Assembly: GCA_963702025.1 (NCBI GenBank) | Contig: OY969699.1 | Span: 320,001-384,000, forward strand | Direction: 5' to 3' | DNA from: an uncultured bacterium | GTDB taxonomy: Bacteria > Babelota > Babeliae > Babelales > Vermiphilaceae | DNA length: 64,000 bases | In this document: positions 9,141-18,986 of the stretch, in pieces | Numbering within the stretch: position 1 is the stretch's first letter | Layout of the letters: each line of letters starts with the position of its first letter | Program-made: the position numbers and the translations under genes | The notes under the pieces: model-generated | Databases searched by the model: none | Seen by the model: the letters and a program-made list of their open reading frames with translations, nothing else | Told to the model about the DNA's origin: nothing

Positions 9141-12100
9141 ATGAAATTGCCTACTTTTGCTGCAAAACTATTTGCATCCACACTATTGTTAGTTCTAGCG
9201 ATTCCCGGCATGCAGGGTTACAATGGCCCAGAAACTGCTATCAACCGCGCTAACCAACTCGCTTCTCAACTGCACAACAACGCCTTTGATCAAAAGACTT
9301 TTGATGCCTATGCAACAGAATATGGTAATAAAGCAGCAAATTTAGAAGAATTACGCAAAATTGCCCCTACAATTCCGGTCAAAGGAAAATGCGTTCAAGT
9401 GCCCTCCTTTTTTGCAATCAGCGATAAAGAGGTTCAACAATTTTTGTCAAAAACAAGAGCTATGAATGCTGTACATCCATTCGTTTTAGAAGAAGTTAAA
9501 TATCAACTGGGTATAATGCGGCAATTTGCACATAAAAGTAACCAGGTCCACATTGAAAATGCATTCACCAATTCCACGTTCAAATTTGAGCACCCCAAAC
9601 GCCAAGCAACATTCGAAGAATATGTTAAAAATGCCGTTGGCAACAATAACCTTTTTATGGTTCGCAGTTCCGGCAAAGAGGATACTAAAGAATTTGCCAA
9701 TGCGGGTGGCAATAAAAGTATCGCCGCTGTATGGCCCCATGATCAGGCAATTTCCAAATCAATGGGCCAAGTAGTGGCATCATATTTTAGTGAAAAATCG
9801 ATTTCTCAACGCTTGCTGGCCGGCGATAAGACAGTATTCAATACCGTGTTTATGCCGGCTTTGGTACAAGTGATGATATGCAAAGATCCCATATCGGGCG
9901 TAATCTTTAGTCAAGAGGCCGAGGGCCAAACCCCGGGCGTTACCCATATCGAAGCTGCATACGGACACGGTGAAGGAATTGTTAATGGTTTAGTGCCGGT
10001 GGATAGTTATTATATTGGCCAATCAGGCATCATTCACCCGATAATAAGAAATAAACATGAACGCATTATGCCTTCAGCAGATTTTACTCATCTTGAAAAG
10101 GTACCAAATAGCACCGATAGAGCAACCAAGCCCTGCCTCACGCCGGCCCTTATTAAAGATTTAAAAATTGTTGCTGACACGGTTCAGGCATATTACGGCT
10201 ATCCCGTTGATATTGAATTTGTGATCCAAGATGATGTTATTTATTTGGTGCAAGCGCGCCCGATCGTTGCAAAGCAACAAAAAGCTTCTTATTTATCAGA
10301 TGATTTTGTTAAAAATGCACAAGAAAAAATCACTGTTTTGCCGATAGTCAGTGGGAAGAATGCAGTATGCGCAAATCTGTTTCAAAAATACCCAATTAGG
10401 TCTATCAATGAGCAAACCATCAACCTAGCTCTAGATACATTTCTAAATCTAAATGCTGAGACTAAATCTTCTTTAGAAGCTATTATCGTGGGTCAGATGG
10501 CACCATCAACATCTCATGAAGCAACCACATTTCGCGGCGCCAATAAAGTGGTGGTGTATGTTGCTGAATCTGATAGAAAACGAATTATGCAATGGATCGC
10601 GGGACACGCACCTGTAGCTCTCGATGTTCAAAGAGGATTAATTATCCTCCTTGATCCATCAAAAAAACCAGAGATGTTTCTTCTTGAAGAAAAGCCTGGA
10701 TCATCTGCATTGAGACACGGATGGTTCGCTCACCCGATTCCTGCAAAATGCTCCTTGTTTTCGGAATTTATAGAACTCAATCAAATGCCTGGTTTAAAGC
10801 CGGAAGAATGTTTTAAAGGAAAAAATATATCAACAACTCAGCTATTGAATATGCTTAAAAATGGATCCGCGCAAGAAGCAACCGATGCGCTCAAAACAAT
10901 TTTAGCCCGCGTATCGGGGCAAATTGCACATGCGCAAAAACAAGCTCATGATAAAACAACTATTTTACAATTAAAAAATATCTACGCTCACGCGATCACG
11001 TGTGCACAAGAAACGATGATGGCATTGACCGCATGGGAAACATCGGCTAAGACAGAATCCGATCGGTTAGCACGTTTATACCCAATCACCTTCTTTGAAG
11101 CTGTGATCCGCCAAACACCAATGAAAGATGAATTTCTTAATGGTTATTCTGCAGCGGCACTTTTAAAGATTGATCATGCAGAACAAAAAATTGCCGACAC
11201 AGTAGCAAAAGTAAAACAAGGATTCAGGCCATTTGCGGTGCAACTTGCAAAAGTGGGCAGTTATGCTTTAACTCCGGAATTGGAACAATTGTGGAACGCG
11301 TTCATTACTGAGTTGAGTGAAGAACCATTGGCTACGCGTCTTGATTTTACCCGCATGATCCATAGTTTGGCACAAAACAATATGTTGGCGGAGTGGATAA
11401 ATATCTCATTCGCCCAAGCGATTCAAAAGAAGCCAACTACTTTTTTTGGAAAAACTAAGCAACAGTTAGGAATAACGCACTATGAACCGATTAAAGAATT
11501 ATTACAACAATACAATGAAATTATGCCGCTGCTTATTCAATTGCAATCATGTAAAACAAAACTTGATCCGATAGCCAAAGCGCCGTGGCAAAATCCTGAA
11601 AAATTTATCGGATTAAGAGATCAGTTGAGCAAAGAATGCATACAGCCTCTTGGATCACGACTCTTTTTTAAAACCTATGAAAATACTCCACTATTGGGAA
11701 AAATTGCTATCCAGCACTATTTATATGAGTTAATAAATACCTTCGATGGCATTATAAAAACATTCAAATCAAGCCAAGACTACCCTGATATACATTTGCT
11801 TATTGGCAATTTTAGAGAACTCTTACTCGACTATTGGCAACTTATGGATCATTTAGCCAAAATCCCATGCATTTCTGCAGATATCTATGCCATGCGGGAT
11901 AAAAACACTTTTAAATCGACTAAGGAATATTTCGATGATATTAATAGAAATATAACTAACGCTAATAGAATGAATCCGGAAGAGTTATTACTTCCTTCAC
12001 GCGGAACTCTTTTAAGCTCTTTTAGTGTTGCAGCAGCAATGCTTGGCAGCAAGGCAAATTATACACGACATTGCCCAGAAACGTTGGAAGACATCTTTAC

Positions 12101-12575
12101 CCTTATCCATCAAAACTTGCTAGCAATTGTCCGTACGCTTGCTGCTAAAACCAATCTTGTATCAATGCTTCCAATGCCACCATTAGTCAAAAAGGTTATC
12201 GATAATTTCAAGAGTTTCAAACCCGGTTTTTGGTGGCCTTCCCCTTCTTTCATAGGTATTTCTATCGATAAAAATACGGTCACTTATTTTTACAATCTCC
12301 CCCTGAATAATCACAGCAGCACGTTCCAAATTACTTTTGATAAAAAAGATCCGAACATGGCAATTTTATCAATCCAATTTCTGGGCCAAGCAAGAGATAG
12401 ATTTGCAAAGATAGCCCGGTACATAAATCAAGAATACGGCCATAGTTTGCGTCAAACCCCTACGCTTGATGAAAATCGAGGCATTTTATCATTCGCTTGG
12501 AAAATAACCCCTACAACTAACCTTAAGGAAATTTATGTCGCTTACAAGACAGCCTGTGAGATGACCTTTGCTTAG
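9141..12575 (+). CDS. Large PEP-synthase/PPDK-family dikinase-like protein with signal peptide
   Basis: YGNKAANL, VRSSGKED, ANAGG and DIEFV..YLVQARP (nucleotide-binding domain); PSTSHEA phospho-His-like motif; unrecognised ~650-aa C-terminal region. Confidence 0.8.
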   Translation: MKLPTFAAKLFASTLLLVLAIPGMQGYNGPETAINRANQLASQLHNNAFDQKTFDAYATEYGNKAANLEELRKIAPTIPVKGKCVQVPSFFAISDKEVQQFLSKTRAMNAVHPFVLEEVKYQLGIMRQFAHKSNQVHIENAFTNSTFKFEHPKRQATFEEYVKNAVGNNNLFMVRSSGKEDTKEFANAGGNKSIAAVWPHDQAISKSMGQVVASYFSEKSISQRLLAGDKTVFNTVFMPALVQVMICKDPISGVIFSQEAEGQTPGVTHIEAAYGHGEGIVNGLVPVDSYYIGQSGIIHPIIRNKHERIMPSADFTHLEKVPNSTDRATKPCLTPALIKDLKIVADTVQAYYGYPVDIEFVIQDDVIYLVQARPIVAKQQKASYLSDDFVKNAQEKITVLPIVSGKNAVCANLFQKYPIRSINEQTINLALDTFLNLNAETKSSLEAIIVGQMAPSTSHEATTFRGANKVVVYVAESDRKRIMQWIAGHAPVALDVQRGLIILLDPSKKPEMFLLEEKPGSSALRHGWFAHPIPAKCSLFSEFIELNQMPGLKPEECFKGKNISTTQLLNMLKNGSAQEATDALKTILARVSGQIAHAQKQAHDKTTILQLKNIYAHAITCAQETMMALTAWETSAKTESDRLARLYPITFFEAVIRQTPMKDEFLNGYSAAALLKIDHAEQKIADTVAKVKQGFRPFAVQLAKVGSYALTPELEQLWNAFITELSEEPLATRLDFTRMIHSLAQNNMLAEWINISFAQAIQKKPTTFFGKTKQQLGITHYEPIKELLQQYNEIMPLLIQLQSCKTKLDPIAKAPWQNPEKFIGLRDQLSKECIQPLGSRLFFKTYENTPLLGKIAIQHYLYELINTFDGIIKTFKSSQDYPDIHLLIGNFRELLLDYWQLMDHLAKIPCISADIYAMRDKNTFKSTKEYFDDINRNITNANRMNPEELLLPSRGTLLSSFSVAAAMLGSKANYTRHCPETLEDIFTLIHQNLLAIVRTLAAKTNLVSMLPMPPLVKKVIDNFKSFKPGFWWPSPSFIGISIDKNTVTYFYNLPLNNHSSTFQITFDKKDPNMAILSIQFLGQARDRFAKIARYINQEYGHSLRQTPTLDENRGILSFAWKITPTTNLKEIYVAYKTACEMTFA

Positions 12576-12651
12576 GAGTTCTAAAAATGAGGCAATCATT
12601 CAAATAGAATGAAAACCCCTTCAATATCGACAATTGTCGCAAAAATACCAT

Positions 12652-12680
12652 TTGACAAAGTTTTCTATCTGTATTAGGAT
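12652..12680 (+). promoter_or_regulatory. sigma70 promoter of DEAD-box helicase gene
   Basis: TTGACA (12652-12657), 17-bp spacer, TAGGAT (12675-12680). Confidence 0.75.
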
Positions 12681-12692
12681 AGGTAAGAATAC

Positions 12693-12789
12693 TATTAGGG
12701 CAGTGATAGCGGTGCCCTAGCCTAAAACGGCTTTGAGTATGTGGATATTCGCTATCACAAGCGACTGATTATCAGTCATAACCCTAATA
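12693..12789 (+). promoter_or_regulatory. Structured 5' leader (candidate cis-regulatory RNA)
   Basis: Nested complementary segments TATTAGGG/CCCTAATA, GTGATAGCG/CGCTATCAC and GACTGA/TCAGTC; alternative pairing TAGGGCA/TGCCCTA. Confidence 0.6.
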
Positions 12790-12804
12790 TGTGAGTTTAA
12801 AACT

Positions 12805-14526
12805 ATGATTACTTCCTTTAAGGAACTTCCTTTACATCCCCAAATTATTACTGCTCTTGATGGTCTTGGCATCACCCAGCCAACAGACATTCAAAGCAAG
12901 GCGATCCCTTTACTTTTAACCCCTAAAAAGGTTGATTTTTGGGGTCAAGCCCAAACGGGGACCGGCAAAACGCTTGCTTTTGGTATTCCTCTGATTCAAG
13001 GTATTAATGCCCAAGATAGACGCCTTCAGGCGCTTATTGTGGCCCCTACCCGAGAATTGGTTGTCCAAATTATGCAAAGTTTGCGCCCTATTGCGCAGCC
13101 CCTTGGCATTAGCGTTGAGGCAATTTATGGCGGCGCATCAATGCGCGATCAAATGAGCGCCCTCAAGCGTGGCATACACATCGTTGTGGGAACACCCGGA
13201 CGTATTAATGATCACTTGACCAGAAGAACACTCTCTTTGGCTAACCTGCAAACATTAATTCTTGATGAAGCTGATATCATGCTTGATATGGGTTTTAAAG
13301 AAGAAATGGATGAAATTTTAGCGGCAGCCCCGGAAGAGCGCCAAATTTGGCTCTTTTCAGCAACGGTAAAACCGGGCATTAGTGGCATTATGCACGAGCA
13401 TATGCACGATACGGTGAGCGTGAGCGCAAGCAGACAACAAGTGGGGACATCAAACACCAAACAATATTTTTCTATGGTACCCGGCAAAAATCGCTTTGCG
13501 GCTCTTTGCAGATTTATTGACAGCAATCCGACATTTTATGGTTTCATTTTCTGCCAAACAAAAATTTTAACCGCGGAACTTGCTGATAAATTAGTTGCCG
13601 CCGGATATCCGGCCAATGCACTTCATGGTGATATGAGCCAAGGATTGCGCAATGCGGTAATCAAAAAATTTAAAAATAAAGATTTTACTATTCTGGTTGC
13701 CACCGACGTGGCAGCACGTGGCATCGACGTGGCCGATTTAACACACGTTATCAACTATTCTTTACCTAATGATCATGAAGGCTACGTTCACCGTATCGGC
13801 AGAACAGGCAGAGCGGGCAAAGAAGGTATTGCTATCAGCTTTATTGGTGGCAAAAATGAGTTGCGCAGCGTCCGCATGCTTGAGAGGAAATTTAAAGTAA
13901 CAATCAATCCGATCGATGTGCCAACTGCCCAAGATATTCAGAAAGTTCATATGCAAAAAGCGATCGACTATTTGAGCGTACTTGCCAATAGTCCGGCAGC
14001 CAAAACATCAACTGAACTAGAGTCGGCAATTAAATCATTTGACCAAGAAGAGCTTGCGCGGATGATAAGCGCCGTTGTTTCTGAAAAATTCTTTCCCACA
14101 ACACGCCAAGATAACTTTAATTTTACCAGCATTTCCAACCAATCATTTGATAATGGCGCAATGGATAGCACCGATGACGGCCTTCAAGAGCTTATGATTC
14201 ATTTGGGAACCGATGATGGTATTACCAAAGAAGATGTTCTTAACTTCTTGCTGCAAGAAGGTGGCGTTGCTGATGAACAACTTGAAAAGCTCAAAGTAAT
14301 TAAACGTCGAACATTCATTAAACTACCCGCTCAGGAAGCTGAAGCACTTATGAATAAATTACGCGGAAAATCAATTAATGGTAAAAAAACACGCGTAACA
14401 GTGGCTCCGGCATCTGATGACGATTGGTCATCGTCAGGTCGGCCAGGCAATCGCCGCGGCGGCAGATCAAGAAATGACCGCGATGGCGGCCGTGAACGTT
14501 CATTTGGCAGACGCAACCGCTACTAG
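12805..14526 (+). CDS. deaD: DEAD-box RNA helicase (DeaD/CsdA-like, DbpA-type RNA-binding domain, RG-rich tail)
   Basis: Q motif, AQTGTGKT, PTRELV, DEAD, SAT, ARGID, HRIGRTGRAG. Confidence 0.93.
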   Translation: MITSFKELPLHPQIITALDGLGITQPTDIQSKAIPLLLTPKKVDFWGQAQTGTGKTLAFGIPLIQGINAQDRRLQALIVAPTRELVVQIMQSLRPIAQPLGISVEAIYGGASMRDQMSALKRGIHIVVGTPGRINDHLTRRTLSLANLQTLILDEADIMLDMGFKEEMDEILAAAPEERQIWLFSATVKPGISGIMHEHMHDTVSVSASRQQVGTSNTKQYFSMVPGKNRFAALCRFIDSNPTFYGFIFCQTKILTAELADKLVAAGYPANALHGDMSQGLRNAVIKKFKNKDFTILVATDVAARGIDVADLTHVINYSLPNDHEGYVHRIGRTGRAGKEGIAISFIGGKNELRSVRMLERKFKVTINPIDVPTAQDIQKVHMQKAIDYLSVLANSPAAKTSTELESAIKSFDQEELARMISAVVSEKFFPTTRQDNFNFTSISNQSFDNGAMDSTDDGLQELMIHLGTDDGITKEDVLNFLLQEGGVADEQLEKLKVIKRRTFIKLPAQEAEALMNKLRGKSINGKKTRVTVAPASDDDWSSSGRPGNRRGGRSRNDRDGGRERSFGRRNRY

Positions 14527-14549
14527 TCGAATTGTAAAATTAGTTACAC

Positions 14550-14632
14550 ATCCTGAGTAAAAAATCGAAGATTTTTGTATCGAAGGATATTCAGAATATG
14601 GTTCGATACGGCCCTTCGGGCCACTCACCATG
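14550..14632. repeat. Inverted pair of REP-like palindromic units (same family as 8204-8339)
   Basis: ATCCTGAGT-AAAAAAT-CGAAG-ATTTTT-GTATCGAAGGAT, then inverted ATGGTGAGT-GGCC-CGAAG-GGCC-GTATCGAACCAT. Confidence 0.8.
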
Positions 14633-14761
14633 TGTTAAAAATTAATGTATTAAGCAATTCGTATTTCACAATGCGACTACTAATTTAATTTATTAAATAT
14701 TGATTCCCCTTCTCATTACGCCCTATCCTAGGTAAAAAAGGTACCAAAGGGGAGTGCGTAC

Positions 14762-15538
14762 ATGAAATATAGTATTTTAGGGGTCTGTCAGCTTTTTATT
14801 ATTTATTCCATGGCGATGGAATTGCCTGCAGATAAACTTGTTTCCGAATGGCGAACAATGGAAATTGGTAGCTATAGCGGCACCCCTTTAATTCGTTATT
14901 ATTCTCGAAATAAAAAGGATCGCGAACAAATCAACCTCATTACCTACAACTCATCGCAAGTAACACTTGATCTTTCAAATAAGGGGATCTACAATCTCGC
15001 TAAACTTGAAGTTCTTATAAACAGAATAAATCCGTTTGATGTACTAGGCTTGGATCTTGCGGATAATCATATTAGCTCTTTTTGCATCGAAGAATTGCGC
15101 AAAGTTTTTCCAAATTTAATCACGTTAGATTTACGCAATAATGAAATAAACAAATTGAATGCTCACAATCTTGCGGGCATTCCCATTAATTTTGGGCTCC
15201 TTTTATCAAACAATAAAATCACTACTCTCGATGAAGACATTCTCAAAATATTCTGCCCGATGATTTCCAATGAAAAAATTTTAGTAACCACCTCAACCTT
15301 ACCACTTTGTAAAACATATGAAACTAATGTTAATACTTGGGAAAGATATCAAAAAAATTGCGGTGCAATGGATTTAACAAAAAATCCCATTAATCCAGAA
15401 ACAATAAAAAAAATAAAATTATGGCTGGAAAGTTGTCAGAAATTATCTTGGCACGAAAAAATACTCAAGAAGGCAGTCTCTTTGGTTAAAGAGGAACCAA
15501 AAAAAAATGGTTTTGAAATAATTTTTGATGAAAAGTAG
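14762..15538 (+). CDS. Secreted leucine-rich-repeat protein
   Basis: LDLSNKGI, LDLADNHI, LDLRNNEI, LLLSNNKI and MDLTKNPI LRR units; signal peptide. Confidence 0.85.
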   Translation: MKYSILGVCQLFIIYSMAMELPADKLVSEWRTMEIGSYSGTPLIRYYSRNKKDREQINLITYNSSQVTLDLSNKGIYNLAKLEVLINRINPFDVLGLDLADNHISSFCIEELRKVFPNLITLDLRNNEINKLNAHNLAGIPINFGLLLSNNKITTLDEDILKIFCPMISNEKILVTTSTLPLCKTYETNVNTWERYQKNCGAMDLTKNPINPETIKKIKLWLESCQKLSWHEKILKKAVSLVKEEPKKNGFEIIFDEK

Positions 15539-15631
15539 CGAAATGGACCCCATGGATTGACATGGGATTTTATTTTCCGTTACCATTTGGGGAATTTGTG
15601 AGAAGTATGCGAATTCCAAAAAGGAGTATTA

Positions 15632-16504
15632 ATGAAGAACACCTTAAATTATCATATGATGGTTCGCGCATTGCGTTCTTTCTTTCTAGAAAAAAAAGGT
15701 TTTATAGAAGTGCCGGCACAATCTCGGCTTTCCATCTTAGCTGCCTGCGAGCAACCTGAAACCATAACACAATTTGCTCTCAACAATGTTCTTTATCCGT
15801 TACCCCAGACTGGGCAAATGTGGTTAGAATATGAACTCTTAAATAATCCAGAATGGCCAGGCGTTTTTTGTGTCACTACCAGCTATCGAGATGAACCAAA
15901 TCCAATCGAAGGGCGCCATTGGCGAATTTTTCCGATATTTGAATTTGAAGCAAAAGGAAACTTTGAGACTCTCAAGCAACTGGAAGAAGAATTGCTGTTC
16001 TTTTTGGGGTTTGAAATGCCGATTGCAATCGACTATGAACAAACGCGCAAGAAATATGAAACGCAAACTATCGAGCATGAACATGAAAATGCCTTATACC
16101 AAGAACTTGGCTCATGCATCAGTTTGGAAAAGTTTCCCGCGAGCACTCAACCATTCTGGAATATGAAATATGCAGGCAACGGTTTATATAATAAAATTGA
16201 TATATTGTTGCACGGCATGGAAACTATTGAATCATCAGAACGTGAAACAGATAAACAAAAAATGAAAGAACAATTTTTCTCTATTTCGCAAGGCAAATAT
16301 GCCCAATTGCTTTTTAACAGATTCTCTAAAGAACGCGTTTTAAAAGAACTTGATGAATATTTATCGTTTGATATGTTTGAACGGTTTGGCGCAGGAATAG
16401 GATTAAATCGTCTTGAACGGGCGATGGTACTTTCTGGGCTGTTAACACAAGATATGCCAAATGCCTTACCATCGCATACATTTGCACCACAATTACAGGT
16501 ATAA
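15632..16504 (+). CDS. Class IIb aaRS catalytic-domain-only paralog (AsnRS/AspRS-like, no anticodon-binding domain)
   Basis: Motif 1 LRSFFLEKKGFIEV, motif 2 SYRDE..GRH..F.IFEFE, motif 3 FGAGIGLNRL; only 290 aa. Confidence 0.8.
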   Translation: MKNTLNYHMMVRALRSFFLEKKGFIEVPAQSRLSILAACEQPETITQFALNNVLYPLPQTGQMWLEYELLNNPEWPGVFCVTTSYRDEPNPIEGRHWRIFPIFEFEAKGNFETLKQLEEELLFFLGFEMPIAIDYEQTRKKYETQTIEHEHENALYQELGSCISLEKFPASTQPFWNMKYAGNGLYNKIDILLHGMETIESSERETDKQKMKEQFFSISQGKYAQLLFNRFSKERVLKELDEYLSFDMFERFGAGIGLNRLERAMVLSGLLTQDMPNALPSHTFAPQLQV

Positions 16505-16515
16505 AAAAGAACCAA

Positions 16516-17895
16516 ATGGCACATTACAAAAAATCTGTTTTTATCTTTCGCAGAGATTTAAGGCTTACCGATAATACTGGTCTTTTACACGCATTGGAGC
16601 AAAGCAGGGAAGTGATTCCCTGCTTTATCTTCGACCCACGGCAAGTTGGAAATAAAAATACCTATCGAAGTCTCAATGCGATTCAATTCATGCTTAAAAG
16701 CCTGGAAGAGCTTGACAAGGCACTCAGGAAGAAAAAGTCTCGTCTTTATTTTTTTTATGGAGAAGCAGAAAAAATTATTGAAAAACTCATTATTGATGAA
16801 AGAATTAATGCGATCTGGATTAATCGAGATTACACTCCATTTAGTATTGAGCGTGATGAACAAATAAAAAAAATATGCCATCATTACAATTGCAAATTTG
16901 AAAGTACCGGCGATTTATTACTCAATGAACCGGAACAAATCAAGAGTGCAAACGGCACCCCGTACTCAATATTTACCCCTTTTTATAAAAGATCGGTACG
17001 TGAACCGGTTAAAAAACCGGTTACTAATGTCTCAGGAAATTTTTATCGGGAGAAAATAAAAGGCTCCCACACGCAAGATATTTTCAACAAAATAGATTCG
17101 GCTCAGAATAACAAAATTTGGCTACTGGGCGGGAGGCCAGAAGCATTACACTTGCTCCACGAAACAAAAAAACTAAAAAATTACGCAAAAACCCATGACT
17201 TTCCTGCACAACATACTTCCTGGCTTTCTGCCCATTTAAAATTTGGCACCATTTCCATTCGTGAAGCATATCATACGATCAGCGATCATCTTGGCAGTAA
17301 CCATCCGTTATTGCGCCAACTCTATTGGCGCGATTTTTTCACACATCTAGCCTATAATTCACCGTTTGTTTTTGGCCATGCTTTTCATGAAAAATATGAT
17401 AAATTACCCTGGAAAAACAATGCGCACGATTTTAAAGCATGGTGCCAAGGAAAAACGGGTTTTCCCATCGTTGATGCGGGCATGAGGCAATTAAATACAA
17501 CCGGCTGGATGCATAATCGAGTTCGCATGATCGTTGCGTCATTTCTTGTAAAAGATTTGCACATTGACTGGCGATGGGGCGAAAAGTATTTTGCGCAGCA
17601 ATTAATTGACTACGATCCGTGTGTTAATAATGGGAATTGGCAATGGAGCGCTTCCACGGGCGCGGACGCACAACCCTATTTTCGTATTTTTAATCCATGG
17701 CTTCAACAAAAGAAATTTGATCCCGAATGTATTTACATTAAAGAGTGGGTGGCTGAATTAAAAAAATATGATCCATCTTCGATACATACATGGTATGCTC
17801 AAAAATACCCAATAAAAAATTATCCAAAACCAATGGTTGATCATGCGGTAGAAAGCATGAAAGCGAAAACTATGTATAAAACAATTAAGGAGTAA
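16516..17895 (+). CDS. phrB: Deoxyribodipyrimidine photolyase (class I CPD)
   Basis: FRRDLRLTDN, GKTGFPIVDAGMRQL, WMHNRVRM, NNGNWQW, FRIFNP. Confidence 0.95.
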   Translation: MAHYKKSVFIFRRDLRLTDNTGLLHALEQSREVIPCFIFDPRQVGNKNTYRSLNAIQFMLKSLEELDKALRKKKSRLYFFYGEAEKIIEKLIIDERINAIWINRDYTPFSIERDEQIKKICHHYNCKFESTGDLLLNEPEQIKSANGTPYSIFTPFYKRSVREPVKKPVTNVSGNFYREKIKGSHTQDIFNKIDSAQNNKIWLLGGRPEALHLLHETKKLKNYAKTHDFPAQHTSWLSAHLKFGTISIREAYHTISDHLGSNHPLLRQLYWRDFFTHLAYNSPFVFGHAFHEKYDKLPWKNNAHDFKAWCQGKTGFPIVDAGMRQLNTTGWMHNRVRMIVASFLVKDLHIDWRWGEKYFAQQLIDYDPCVNNGNWQWSASTGADAQPYFRIFNPWLQQKKFDPECIYIKEWVAELKKYDPSSIHTWYAQKYPIKNYPKPMVDHAVESMKAKTMYKTIKE

Positions 17896-17899
17896 GACA

Positions 17900-18541
17900 G
17901 TGATTTGGCGTGATAAATTAATACTATCCTCTGCAATTGCACTTGCAATAGGATGTGCAAGCGGATATCTTTTTTCCTCAAAATTTTGCCGAGCAACCAT
18001 CATCAACCGGACAGAAAAAACTCTCGCATTAAATCAAACATTGCGAAAGGTTCTTTCTGAGCATGCATTTTGGATCCGGAATTATTTACATGCCGCTTTT
18101 TTTAATTCACCCGATCAACAGGCAATTGAAGCCCGCCTAGAAAAAAATCAAGAGGATTTGGTTTCTGTCTTAGCCGCCTATTATGGTCAAGTTCCCAAAA
18201 GCAAGTTAAGCCTTTATTTAAAAGAAAATATTATTTTAATTACTAGGGCAGTTGCTTTAGCAAAAAATAACAAGCCGCTAACTGAAATAAATAACCAATG
18301 GCGTAAAAATGCGGAACTTATTGCAACGCTTATATCGGGTCTTAATACGGCATGGTCGTTTAGTTTCATAAAAACAAAACTCACCGATCAGTTTCTTCTT
18401 ATTATGCAAGAAATAGAAGCAATGCAAGCAAATAATTGGAAAAGGGCATTAGAAATTTTTGATAAAAATTTAGATTACACACTGCAATTTGCAGACGAAT
18501 TGGATAACGGAATATTACAACAATTTCCAAACAAATTTTGA
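17900..18541 (+). CDS. Hypothetical N-anchored helical protein
   Basis: 213-aa ORF, N-terminal hydrophobic anchor, LRKVLSEHAFWIR helical-bundle-type motif. Confidence 0.7.
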   Translation: MIWRDKLILSSAIALAIGCASGYLFSSKFCRATIINRTEKTLALNQTLRKVLSEHAFWIRNYLHAAFFNSPDQQAIEARLEKNQEDLVSVLAAYYGQVPKSKLSLYLKENIILITRAVALAKNNKPLTEINNQWRKNAELIATLISGLNTAWSFSFIKTKLTDQFLLIMQEIEAMQANNWKRALEIFDKNLDYTLQFADELDNGILQQFPNKF

Positions 18542-18620
18542 ACACCTGAAGTAATTACGATTGACAAAAAACAGGAAAAAGATTATTGTATAAGGAACTT
18601 TTTTACTTGAAAGGCACCTT

Positions 18621-18986
18621 ATGAATTCATACAAATATTTATTTTTTCTGTTGCTTGGATTTTTTCAGCATTCATTTTCATGCTCTCCTCCAAAAGTAAA
18701 GAATTCGCCGCTCCCGGCGTATGGCTATGTTCAAAAAGACTATGCGACAGAATTTCCGGGAGTTTGTTATAACCCATATTCTTATAGAGAGCAAGAAGAG
18801 CAAAAAGTTTCAATAGCTGCCGGCGACTCTGAGCCAGCCGTTGAAAAAGAGCCAACGCCGCCGCAATCTGCTCGATCAAGCGTTAGAGGAATTTCTAAAA
18901 TAGAGATCACCATTACAACTTCGAGCGGTAATGCTACAAGAGAGGTGCTCAAACAATTGATACCATTGTTCCCTGTCGATGAATAA
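18621..18986 (+). CDS. Hypothetical secreted low-complexity protein
   Basis: Signal-like N-terminus; TTGACA-17-TATTGT promoter-like site at 18561. Confidence 0.6.
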   Translation: MNSYKYLFFLLLGFFQHSFSCSPPKVKNSPLPAYGYVQKDYATEFPGVCYNPYSYREQEEQKVSIAAGDSEPAVEKEPTPPQSARSSVRGISKIEITITTSSGNATREVLKQLIPLFPVDE

